Assembly (NCBI GenBank): GCA_002633005.1
Contig: NMRA01000524.1
Coordinates: forward strand, 126,381 to 190,380
Direction of reading: 5' to 3'
Length of the DNA stretch: 64,000 bases
DNA from: Phoronis australis
Taxonomy: Eukaryota; Animalia; Phoronida
Part shown: positions 1-11,792 of the stretch, piece by piece
Numbering within the stretch: the stretch's first letter is position 1
How the letters are laid out: each line of letters starts with the position of its first letter
Program-made: the position numbers and the translations under genes
The notes under the pieces: model-generated
What the model was told of the DNA's origin: nothing
What the model saw: the letters and a program-made list of their open reading frames with translations, nothing else
Databases searched by the model: none

Positions 1-620
1 AAATCTTTAAATTTTAATTGAACAAGTACAAGGGTCGACAATTTGTTAAAAAATTCTCTGGGCTTACTGGGTTTTGGCAGAACTTTTATTAATTACCCCC
101 TGAAGATGTGAATTTTGGAGAGCATATTCAAGACTATACTTTAAAGATTTAAACAACTACGAAAAGTATTTGTTGAATTAAACAGTAAAACCATCAATTA
201 CTTAACTTTTGTAATTTTTCATTTTCTTGAATGTAACTTCAATTTCTAGAGGATTAATATACATGAAAGTATCTAAACTTGCTCGATCAGTGTTGCTGAT
301 TTTTTGAATATTTTGAATTTCTACAATCATCAATGAATGATATTCTCAATTTCACACGCATTTTCTCCAGAAAAAAATATTTTTTCGTTAAGAAACTTTT
401 TAATTCACTTAAAATTTCTTTTTGATTTGTTTCACCAGAAGGCTTCATCACCCTAGTTATTGTTTTATTAAAAAAGTTTCGTTTTTCTAAGCCACAAAGG
501 TACTTTGTTGCCTTCTCACCTTCTTCAATCCATTGGTTATTTGTGCGAAGAATTTATAGGCCTTTTTCATAACTTTCTTGATTTTTTTTCCAATTGGGCA
601 TCGCATTCCTGAATTAACTC
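1..620 (-). mobile_element. Degenerate L1/Tx1-clade LINE ORF2 fragment (linker and start of reverse transcriptase)
   Basis: Minus-strand translation with stops and frameshifts gives ILRTNNQWIEEGEKATKYLCGLEKRN, NQKEILSELKSF, KKMKNYKS*VIDGFTV*FNK and LPKPSKPREFLTNCRPLYLFN. These match the L1/Tx1 motifs W.EEGEK.TKYF..LEK, KSPG.DG.T.EFYK and LPK..K....NWRPISLLN. Confidence 0.8.
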
Positions 621-1925
621 TTCATAATCGGATGTTTTTATGTTTAGAAACAACATTTGAAAAACCTCTATCAGACCGTGATGTTGTAAATTTCTTTGTC
701 TTAACAGTGCAAGGGAATTGTATGTAACGAAGAAATGAGTTCTCTTTATTTTTGTAAATCCCAGCTTTGGTAAAAAGATATTTTTGCGTACACACCGGTG
801 GGTGTTTTGTCCATGCCCATCTTGCAGAGTCTTAGTTTTATCTATTTACGTCATAATAAATGACATTATTCGCAATCCTCCTCTTGTTTTACTCTGCAAC
901 ATAGCTCGTGGCGTACCCCGGGCAAAATAGATTACGATAAATGAGTTCTCTTTATTTTTTTTAATCCCAGCGTTGGTAAAATGATGACAAGCGGTAAAAT
1001 ATTAGCAAAGATATGTTACATTACTTAGGACTACAATGACCAACAGGAAAACAAATTGCGTAAAAGATGCGATAAACTACATTCAAGTGTGCATCTTAAC
1101 TACTAGACGTACAAAAGCTGAGGTGACACGTTTGGCAAAATGAAAGAAAGTTACAAACTTAGAGACTGAGTATTAACTTCGAACTCTATCTGAAACCAGT
1201 CTCCTTAGAATTCAAGTTGGGTTTCTCAAACAGAATGACAAGAGGCTCTAAGATAGTTAAACGAGACAGGCCACTCTCAAAATGCAAAATATTTTTGATG
1301 CGCTAATGGCACAGTCCAGGAATATCACTGTCGTCTGTTGTCACTTTCATAGAATTAGTACATACATTTTCCACATTTAATAAAGTTCCTGCAAGGGGCT
1401 TCTGAGATCGAGCCGTGGACCAAAAAACAAAACTAACTATAGACCCCACATTAGTCTTCTTTACAGTAGGAGCATATGTCACTTAGGTACACAAAAGACG
1501 CGAAAAAAGGCATTTTCCGATGCAGACCAATGGGCGTAGCACTGTATTACAAAACAAAAATACAGAGGCAAACGTAAAAATGTCATTAGGATACACAGCA
1601 GCAGTCAAAACAAGTGTACCTACATAGAAATTAATGTATGGGCTTACATCCAAAACTTAGGTGCATGAGCCATTATGCAAACTACTCCCGAAAAATATTT
1701 CAGATATAAACCCGCTATAAGCAAAAAGGTGCGGTAATACCAAACCTTTTCATACAAAATGGAGAGCATCTGCGTCACAATATGTCACCTATTTCGAATG
1801 CAAGTATCTTGCTAAAATTGACCTTTGTTCATTTTTCAAAGGTTATAAAGGTTAAAACTATTTCATAGATCATAAAAGTGGAAAGCATTGACTTGGTACC
1901 GACCTATCTTTTAAGAAACAAATGA

Positions 1926-4065
1926 AAACGAGCAACACGGAGCGTTGAAATGCGCCCGTGAATGTATCGCAAATGGTGTGCTTTTAGGGACATTTATTTG
2001 TATCATAAATGGCCACTAGATGGCGCAAAAACGTACAATCAATCCAAATATGAGAACATGCCATATTTCATAAAAATCTGTCAAGGAACTTCAGAGAAAC
2101 GAAGGAAAACAGAACGAAATGAAATTGCCACTTGTGGGCACAGCGTCCGTTCCATCCGCCTGAAAGTCGTCGTCTGTTATCTTCATATAAATTCACTTAA
2201 TAAAGATCCTGCAGTGGGTTTTGGAGATACAGGTATGGGCACAAAACAAAACAAAACCACCACTAGGAGGCGCCACAGTAGTCAGTCGCCATCATTAAAC
2301 GCCCTCTTGACACTGAAAAAAATATACGCCAATTTTCAAAACCATCCCTAGAATGATTTGGTTGATCGAGGGGTGGACGCCAAAAACAAAATTTGAAAAA
2401 CAGCAAAAATGGCCACTGGGTGGCGCAAAATACCTCGATTCCACCCAAAAACAGGATGATAGCATCATCTCACCAATAGATGCCTACATTCAAAAATTTA
2501 CATGATGAAAATCTGTTGAGGACCTTGAAGATACAGACTGGTAAAAAACTAAAATTGCCATTATAGGGGCGCACCACAAGTCAGATCCGTCCTAAAGACG
2601 TCGATCGTCATTCATTGTCAACATCATATAAATACCATGGCTAAATTGAGTAAAGATCCTGCAAACGGTTTAATAGATACAGCCATGAGCGAAAAAAAAT
2701 GCCACTCGGAGGTGCTACAGTAGTTGAACTCGTCGGAAAATCGTCGTCAGCCGTCCAAGTCACAGTAAAACATGCATGCCAATTTTCACAATTATCCTGA
2801 AATCGGTTTGGTTGATAGACGAGTGGACGCCAAACAACAGATTCGAAAACAGTAAAAATGGCCACTAGGTGGCGCAAACTAGGTCATATCCATCTGAAAA
2901 CGGAAAGATAGCGTCATCTGGTTAACAGATACCTGTATGCCAAATTTTATGAAAATACATTGAGGACCTTTGAACTTACAGAGGTAATCGTCAAAAAATA
3001 AAATTGCCACTAGGTGGCACACCAGTAGTCAGATCCGTCTGAAAGTCGTTGTCCTCCGTTAATTCGATAACCTCATATAAATACACTGACTAAATTTAGT
3101 AAAAATCCTGCGAATGGTTTAGGGGATACAGCCATAGGCGCAAAAACAAAACAAAACTGCCACTAGAAGGCGCCAAAGCAAACGAACTCGTCAGAAAAAC
3201 ATCGTCAGCCGTCCACTTCAAAGTAAGAACATACATGCCAATTTTCATAATCATACTTTGAGTGGTTTGGTTGATAGAGGGATGGACGCAAAAAACAGAT
3301 TCGAAGACCGTACAAATGGCCAAGAGGTGGCGCAAACTACGTCAAATCCATCTGAAAATGAGAGGATAGCCTCATCTCACTAATAGGTGCCTATATACCA
3401 AATTTTATGGAAATCCATTCAGGACTTTTGAAGATATAGACTGAAGTAAACGTAAAAAACTAAAGAAGATACAGAGGTAAACGTAAAAAAATAAAATTGC
3501 CATTAGGGGGCACACTGGTAGGCGGATCCGTCCAAAAGTCGTCATCGTCTGTTGTTAACATCATATAAATACACTTATTAAATTTCGTAAAGATCCTGCG
3601 AACGGTTTAGGAGATACAGCCATAGGCGAAAAAAAACTGCCACTAGGAGGCGCCACAGTAGTCGAGATCGTCGGAAAATCATCGTCAACCGTCCTCTACA
3701 TAGTAAGCATATACATGCCAATTTTCACAATCATCCTTTGAGCGGTTTGGTTGATAGAGGGGCGGACGCACAAAAACAGACTCGAAAACACTAAAAATGG
3801 CCACTAGGTGGCGCAAACTATGTCGAATCCATCTGAAAAGGTAAGCGTAGAAAACTAAAATTGCCACTAGGGGGCACACCAGTAGTCGGATCCGTCCGAA
3901 AGTTCGCTCATGCCGTTGCATCTACGGAAGGAACAAGTGCAAAATTTCATGAACATACGTCAAGGCGTTTTGGAGATAGAGCAGCGGACGCCGGACGGGC
4001 GGACGCCGGACGGACAGAGATGGCGGCATAATGCGTCCACATATAAATATGTGGGCGCATAAAAA
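1926..4065 (-). mobile_element. Non-autonomous Helentron-like (HINE/DINE-1-type) element, copy 1, with internal tandem array
   Basis: One end reads TTTTTATGCGCCCAC-loop-GTGGACGCAT on the minus strand, followed by a (GTCC/GTCT)-type microsatellite. The other end has the subterminal inverted repeat GGGCGCAT plus a short CAACGC..GTGTTG hairpin. The interior consists of ~150-bp subunits grouped into ~450-480-bp higher-order units. The same termini occur in two other copies. Confidence 0.8.
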
Positions 4066-4152
4066 TCACTCGCCACACATGTTTTGTTTAAATTGACGAA
4101 ATTTCACTGTCTTCTTACTGGAAAATATAAATCAAAGACGGACAATGCTCAC

Positions 4153-4472
4153 CAGTAGGCACCGCTCATTAATTGGGGTGATAAACCTCTTCTTCGGCAC
4201 AGGTGACTGTCTCCAAGCTGGTGGTGAGTATGGCTTAGGTTCCTCAGGATAGCGAAGAAATCATGCAGCTTCCCAGCGTATGTCGATAGGTCAAATGCAC
4301 TCAGCTGGCGGTCGACCTGGTGGAATACAGGAATGTTAGTGAATGTCTTCCATGAACCGACCAGATGCATCTTGCTTATCTCATTCATTCTCAATGAATC
4401 GCGACAAATGGTGAAGCCAATGTTCAGCTCACCACAGAGGATGTCCGAAGTCATGAAACAATGTCAAAAGAC
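4153..4472 (-). other. Putative exon of an unidentified minus-strand transcript; contains the start of a ~100-codon ORF (MTSDILCGEL...SGAY) running into the donor
   Basis: Acceptor tttctttattttaaag|, donor |gtgagc, higher GC than flanks. ORF 4149-4454 is open up to the donor. Product not recognised. Confidence 0.45.
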
Positions 4473-4750
4473 CTTTAAAATAAAGAAAAATATATCTAAT
4501 GTGCGTGCTTTGTCTTCTGACCGGCTACAGTTTACATGGTAGGTGTCACAATGCACCAGGTAGCAGCTTAGCTAGGGTTCCATAAAATTACGTGAATCAG
4601 ATCTGCGAGCGTCGTCATTAAACAATATAAAGGGTCAGACATTTATGGCATGGTTTGTGTTGTTCATTTAACCAAAAAAAACTAAAGCAATGTGCAAATA
4701 CCTAGAGTTTTTAGGACAACTTATTTAATTGGCATGTTCATATATCTTAC

Positions 4751-4847
4751 CGGCTGAAGGTCAATTACAAGTGGTATTCTGTCTCAAGGTGGTGGTGGTG
4801 GTGGATCCATGGTCGGTCGACTATGAGGGCAGCATCCCGAAAAGAAC
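4751..4847 (-). other. Putative leader exon carrying the 3' part of a short ORF ending DPPPPPP-stop
   Basis: Acceptor ttattttctatag|, donor |gtaaga. Stops occur in all three frames, so it is not an internal coding exon. Confidence 0.45.
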
Positions 4848-7800
4848 CTATAGAAAATAAGTGAAATTCATTCATTAACAGAAAATTCACAATGGGGTAC
4901 CTTCAGCAGTTTTGCTCACATGTGGGCGAAATGACCAAATCGGAATTTGCGTCAGTGGCCGTGGACTATAACGTGGCTCAAATCAACCAGAGATTTTGGT
5001 CCGAACTGTATGAATAAAGGCGAAAAATAATTACCATTCAGTATAGACCAGCATGTTAATGGAGGAAGTAGTTCACTCACATTGGCGGCGCAGCACTGAA
5101 AAAAGTAGGGATCTATAGCCCAATTGTGGTGAACCACCGATAGACCATGGGCTGCGTATCACTGAAAAATGTGGGAGGCTACAGCCTCCTATGGTGCGCC
5201 GCCCAAGGACGTGTTATTAATTGCTGTGAAATGAATTAGGAGGCTTGAACAGGAAAACTGGGTGGTTCACGCAACCAGATTGTCGTTATTATGTGCAAAA
5301 ACTAAGAGTAATGACGTGACTAGTTTCTGTGAGTGAAAATGTCAATGGGTCTTCATTCATACATGTATGAAGATACAGAGTGTTGAATTTTAAAATAATA
5401 TAGGTTTGCATGTCTACTCTTTAAATAGTCTGTGAAAGATTATTATATTGTAGACCAGTAGTTTTCAATTTTGTGTTCGGTCAAATGCTATAAAGACAAA
5501 GTTCCCAAACATTGTAGTCTGTAATAAATAATTCACCAAAGTTTTACCCATTGAAGTTAAATTTACAGTGCGGGGTACAATGCATTTCCCAACAGGCAAC
5601 TATAAATTCTTCTTTAGTTGAAGTACTTTACAGACACTTACTTTCACAGCGCCTAGACTTATGACGCGCTTGGAGATGTGGCACATTAATACTGTTAATT
5701 GAAATATTAATTTAATTTACCATGCAAACATGGATACTTTCACGTCATTTTCCACTACTACATGAATTTCATGTAAACTTTGTTGATGTCTCTCTCACGC
5801 GACCATTATAAAAGGGATGTCTGTATATAATGTACATTCATGAATGCCAAATAAATTAGACTATTCTGTCAAATGTTATTCCCACCAAATAGTGCATTCT
5901 TCTCACTTGAAATCAGTTTGAATCTAATTTTTTTAAACAATGCTAGTACTAGTAATTTAACCTACAGACATACACCGGACCCCATGTACTCAAGGGTGTG
6001 TGTTTTATACGACCCGGATACATTTTTGAAATCGTTATAGCGTGTACTCAATGAAATTCTGCCCCACGTTGTCGTGGTCCCTATATAGTCGCCGCGCCAT
6101 AGTTTTTGAAAATCGTTCAACGCGCCATCCTGCGGCCGAGTTCAGTAAAGCTAGGATCTAATTAGGAGGACTTTGCTAAAATCTAGCCAAAATCAGGTGT
6201 TCTAATTTAAAATGCATGACAATATCTCACGTAATCTCGCAAAGTCTTACTTTTTAATGAAGTCCTAGCGTTATTGAACTTTCAGTACCTTTGTATGAAA
6301 GTTTTTTGGTCCAAACAATGAGCTATATCTCATTGTGTCCAAATAAAGCGATAGCCGGGCTTCTCGAAAAAAATAAGTACAGTGAGTAGAAAAATGGAAA
6401 AATGAATTTAAGTGTGGTGATCTCTGTGCCCAGCGGTCCATAGAGAGATTAGACTGTACGGAAATCTTATTTTTACGGCCAGTTGAAGTTCCGCATGGGC
6501 CTGAGTTCTCAGTTAGTACCCCCCTCCCGGTTTCGATAACCGCTTATCGTTGGGGTGATGCAAAATTCGAAGTGAATCTAAGCCTTGTAGTGTGCTACTG
6601 TTTTATTAGTAGTCTGTGCTGTTTATTAGGCCAAATTACCCAGTGCGTTTTTCCTAACAACTTGAAATATATTTTGGAGCAATTATGCGAAAACGTAAAA
6701 CGTTAGGCTGAAGAAAATATAAATACAACAATAAGTTCCAAACAACAGCATTTTGGGATGTTTAGGGTTGCTGATTATGTTTCAGAGGAAGTAAGAACTG
6801 TCCACAGCATGATCATGGAAATTTTCACTGACACTTACTGGCATCATCATCCCATTAATACGATTACAACAATGACAGAGGATGATTTAAAGGATAAGTT
6901 ATCGTCGTGACGATGTATGTTTAAAAACATTTTTGTTCGTTCAAGATTTTGTTCTGCGTGGCCTTTTTCGCCTTAATTTAAATCGTGGAAATCTATTTTC
7001 AGTGGCTGTATTTTATTGAAAAAATTCTCGTTTTTACTGCACAAGTACGTCATTTTTGCTTAGTCTTTCGTGTATTTTGGACTTGAGAAACCCGGATTAA
7101 TTCTTATTTTAGCACTGACGTGGTCCAACAGTCGTCACGTGTCGTGTAAACTGGGGTCAGAAATTGCTATGAAACCTCTAGAATGCTCACGAGCGATAAC
7201 ATGTATTCTAGGCATGGTTTTCAATAAATTTTCACGACGGTTTCCATTATGGCGGCAAAAAATAACACTTGAAAACTAACTGTGTTGGTTCACGTTTTGT
7301 GATGAAACCCTATCAAAATATGTAAACCAATGACATTTTGCAGGAACTCAAGCTAGTAAATATTTTGAAAGAGAATTGCCGTTTCAACAACTCAGCGCTA
7401 ACTAACAACGTTACATCGTAAAGCTATAACGCCAACATTTAGCCATTAATGTTGAAGTCCGAAGTGTTCGGGGTTTAAAAACATTAAAAGTCTCACCCAA
7501 TCTTGAATGATTACCGAAAGAGTTGACAACAAAACTTAATAATTTTAAGAAAATACGCAATTTAAGAGAAAGGCAAATTTATTACAAGCATATAAAGAGT
7601 CAAATTGCAATCATACATTTCAAAACTGTCTCACTGGAATGGCATCTTTGCTCAGCTCTTTCCATCCTTACCCAACTTTTTATTTTTGCTCATCTAAATG
7701 GACAATTGTTGAGGGTCACGCCCCAAATACCCTCAAGTTTGTGGTCTGCGTCGTTGTTCCTTTTGTTGTCAGTTATCGGTGTTTGCCTGGATACCGTAAT

Positions 7801-7854
7801 TGTCGAAAACACATAACGTCTACTTAACACATGTTATAAAAGCAGAGTACTTAC

Positions 7855-7888
7855 TGGGTGATGGATCCACAGAAGCTGTTCATGTAAT
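7855..7888 (-). other. Putative 34-nt leader exon with an ATG in frame with exon 4751-4847
   Basis: Acceptor cctttcacag|, donor |gtaagt. ATGAACAGC...ACCCA joins in frame to the next putative exon. Confidence 0.4.
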
Positions 7889-8104
7889 CTGTGAAAGGCA
7901 TTCTCACTTGTTCAGGGACTCCACACAATATATTATACAAATCTCGTAGTAGGAGTAATCATACAGGTTTCACAATATATATATATATAGGTCTCGTTGT
8001 AGTAGTAGTAGTAATAAGGTTTTGTATATCGCAGTAGTAATAGCACGCCTCTCTTGTCTCAATAGCAGTGGCTTCTGGTTCTAAAGGCAATATCCAGTTG
8101 AATC

Positions 8105-8220
8105 TCATTGGCGGGAAATACAAAAGTCACGTGACAAGAGGCTTAACGCATTCATTCACGGTTGTTCTATTAGATGCACTCAGTGGGCGGTGCCGACAAA
8201 CACAGTTAGGCCACGCCCAC
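8105..8220 (-). promoter_or_regulatory. Putative promoter motif cluster upstream of the minus-strand transcript
   Basis: Within ~115 bp: CCAAT (minus, 8107-8111), E2F-type GGCGGGAAA (8110-8118), palindromic E-box GTCACGTGAC (8126-8135), and GC/KLF boxes GGGCGG (~8185) and CCACGCCC (8211-8218). Confidence 0.4.
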
Positions 8221-8454
8221 CATAGTTAGCTGTTGCGAAGTCCCACTGAGCGCAAACCAAAAATTGAATTAGTTCATCAGCATACGAACTACATGAACAG
8301 GTTCTTTTCAATGGAGTTCCCGATGTGGCGCCTAAGTATCACAAAAGTCCTTAGGGGGAAGAGGGGAATAATTAATTGAGCCCATTAATTAATGACTTAA
8401 TTAATTCACATCAACTGTGAGCTTTATTCGTGCGTCAGATCGCTTCTGAGTGCC

Positions 8455-8677
8455 GCAGTTATTCATATTGCACAAATAGCCTTTAACAGTGTAAGGCGGG
8501 TTAAGGGGAGGGGCGGGGGCAATATTAGTAGCTAAGAAGGAGAACGATGGGCAAGGAAAGAAAATNGCAGTTATTCATATTGGACAAATAGCCTTTAACA
8601 GTGTAAGGCGGGTTAAGGGGAGGGGCGGGGGCAATATTAGTAGCTAAGAAGGAGAACGATGGGCAAGGAAAGAAAAT
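8455..8677. repeat. 111-bp direct duplication flanking gap n8566 (likely assembly overlap)
   Basis: 8455-8565 and 8567-8677 differ at one base and are separated only by n. Confidence 0.85.
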
Positions 8678-11600
8678 GGTGGGCAAGAAATTCATTCATA
8701 TTGTGGAGCATTTCAGATGTGAACAAAATGTTTTCTTGGGACGCACTGACAGTGATAAATTTGCATTGTACGCTGTAACTGTGGGTTTTCTTAGCATTAT
8801 TTATTAACTACAGTTCTACGCGGTCGATCTAGTATCACCGACTCAAATCTTGAAAAAAATGCGTTCATACATCTAGGTGATTTTTTTCAAAATGTTTTAT
8901 TTCAAATTATTCGGGCCAATACTTTTAAATAGCATCATCAACATTTTGGCCCAAAATAGCCCATTTCCTTGTCAGTTTTCTGTATGACTAAGAAACTTAA
9001 AACATAAAAATTGGGCTTTTTTGTTTGTTTCCAACTATCCCGGATGGAAAGAACATACCATCTCTTTCGTGATTACGGTCATTCGGCAGTTGTAACTCGT
9101 GAACCACATCAAAGTGCTTCATTATTTTTTTGCAAATATATTTCTCTGACTATGACAATGGTGGGCGTCTGTTAGTGTGCTGTGTGGACTTTCCGTAGCC
9201 AGTCAAAGTAAAATTTAGAAATAATTTTTTTGAGACGCAAATAGGGTCTGACTGTATTCTGGGGATTCAGCTTGAAGTCATTATAAATATAGACGAAAAT
9301 TTTGCGACTGTGAATATTTTAGACGTACGTCGATAGACCATTTTCTGAGGAGTGTTCATGGCGGCGCAACATTCGTGGTTTCAAGCCAAGTGAACGAGAC
9401 AAGACAAGGTAATTGTTTTTGAACCGTGAAAACACGAAAAACGACTGTAGGATATTTGAAGAATAATTCAAAGATTATATGAAAAATTCAGATTCATCGA
9501 GTTAGATGACGTCTTAGCCCACTTGGTCCGGCCGTTGACAGACCGGACAAAGCAAACCTGCAAACAAATCTACAGTATATTGAGCCGTAAACATTGCTTG
9601 ATAACTTTGTACGGAGACATGTAGAAGGGGTAATTGTTTCTTTTGGAGCGTATGCTGGTGCATGTCAAATGAAATTGATTACGTTTCATTGACGTCAAGT
9701 ATGTTGTATGGACCTCTTCGGCATATTGTAGCCAGCCGAAGTAAAACTTAAAAGGAAAGTTCAGTTTTTTTGACAGCAAATAAGCCTGTAGTGGTTGGCT
9801 GTATTCTGTATAATGAGTGAAGTTATTAACGATCAATAATTACATATATATAGGCGAAGATTTTGCCAATGCGATTTTCAAAAATGTCGATAGATCCGGC
9901 GTTGTTGATAAGGCCGGGGGTCGATGGTCCCAGCGGTGCAACTGGGTAAGTGGTGTCGAGCCAAGTTAAAAGAAATTGTAATGGTTTTCGAACAAGGAAA
10001 AGCACGAAAAACAGATTTTGATGACAAAGTCAAAGAACTGATGTAATAGATTCCGTGAGTTTGATGAAGGGCACAGCGCTGATAGGGGCCTCTCGATCGC
10101 CTGCAAGCATAGCTACAGGATAGTGAGTCGTAAAATTTGGTTGATAACTCTCTTGTGGAAAGGTGATAAAAATATTAAAGTTAGATATGAAATCTAAATG
10201 TTTGATCTGTGGCGTTGTGTCGGTTATGCCTATTGGGTGCTCCCATCCCGCCTGGCTGACTCACTAGTTGCTCACTCTATTTCCTGTTCAATAGATTAAA
10301 ATAAAGATTTTTGTCGGCCACAGTTATTTCGGTGCCACATGAGGTCCTAAAACGATAACATCCTCGTAAAAATGAAGTCTAATTTCGAAAAGCCGTATTT
10401 GGTAAAACCATTCATTAAAACACTATGACAAACATTCGGCAACGGTACATTGCAACTCGGTCTGAGGTATTTACTAGGTCTGCGAGGTCCGACCGTTAAC
10501 TTGGTCAGGTGGCCTAATGGTCTACGACAGCATAATTCCGTACCCTTCAAGCGGGACCCGGGAGTTGCTCCGCACAGACTTTTTGGGAAGATTTTTGTGC
10601 TTTGACCGCGAAAGAGAAAGAACAATTCCTCGTGGTTTGTTAAACCTCTGTTTTGTGTAAATTTATTGAGTTTTGTGTTTGCTATGGACGGCTGAAGTGA
10701 AGCACCCGTGGAATATCTAGTCCGGAAGGTCATACCAGCGCGTGTTGTAGCAGATCACCGATAGATGGCGAGAGGTATAGTAAGTTCCCTGAGACGGCTG
10801 CCAGATAATCCAGATAATGGACCAACTTCGGAATACCGTAATTTCAACCCGGAGTAATTGAAGGTCATGAAATTATGCAGATAGCCAGGTGTCTGAGGAA
10901 TGCAACGATACCAAAATCATTCACCTTTACCCACATTTAGTGCATTTATTTAGAATAAGTTAGTATCCATTATATCCCACTAGTGCCCTGGGGCATGTCG
11001 GCAATTTGAGAAATATGGTGAATGCCAAATTCGACCATGTCCCAAATTTCAGAATCAAAAGTATTAAGTTCAGAATTGGATTTAGGTAGCCTATACGTAA
11101 TTCAGGAGGCTGTCCTAAATTTCGTAATTTTTACTGAAAACGGGGCTAAAATGCAGCTTTAAGTGCCACAGAAATCTTAAAAAAAGGACAAGCTTGTCAT
11201 CCATGGATCATTGCATGGTGAATAAACACAGAATCTTTTATGCACAAAATTTAATAAATAATTTAAAAAATCCAACGATAGCATAGCAGTACAAAAATTA
11301 TCAGAACATTTGAAGACACTAAAGCCCAACTGAAACCGCCAATGCTTTTGAATCATATTAACGCTGAACATACTTGTACAGGTTAGAACTTGGACCATGC
11401 TATAAGGTTGGTATCAACTTATTTGTTGACAATATCTATACTCTGGAACCAAAACAGTTGTAGGACAGATGGGAATTTGTTACTAATGATCACAGGTGTA
11501 TAACAATATTAATCTTAATATTAAAGAAAATAATATCAAACAGTGTGAGCCGGGAATGACACATAAGCGGTGCACCACCGCCATAATTTGCAGACTTCAA

Positions 11601-11792
11601 TCACCGTCTTCGGTTGGGTGGGTTCCGTAATAATGGCGGTCTGTTAGTCCTTACAAGTGGAGAGAATTTGTATCGAACATGTCTCGTCCTGTCGTTATCA
11701 TTTCCGTGTTGGCTTGCGATCATTAGAGATACTTTTGTTGGACCGATGACGCTACGTGGCTGTTGAGATGATGCTGAATGGCGATGAGAACC
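11601..11792 (-). CDS. AGBL2: AGBL2/3-like probable terminal coding exon (GSHRHSASS...PPNRRR*)
   Basis: Acceptor gtgtcctctag|, phase 0, open for 63 codons to TGA at 11601-11603. Matches the phase-0 donor at 15394. Confidence 0.6.
   Translation of the reverse strand, partial: GSHRHSASSQQPRSVIGPTKVSLMIASQHGNDNDRTRHVRYKFSPLVRTNRPPLLRNPPNRRR

Noticed and set aside
1962-3921. ORFs within the HINE copies (also 13296-14383)
   Set aside because: They differ in frame and length between repeat units, show no recognisable domain and lie in a non-coding tandem array.
4235-4270. Antizyme-like TCC-TGA +1 frameshift site on the minus strand
   Set aside because: The upstream ORF is only 6 codons and neither frame resembles ornithine decarboxylase antizyme.
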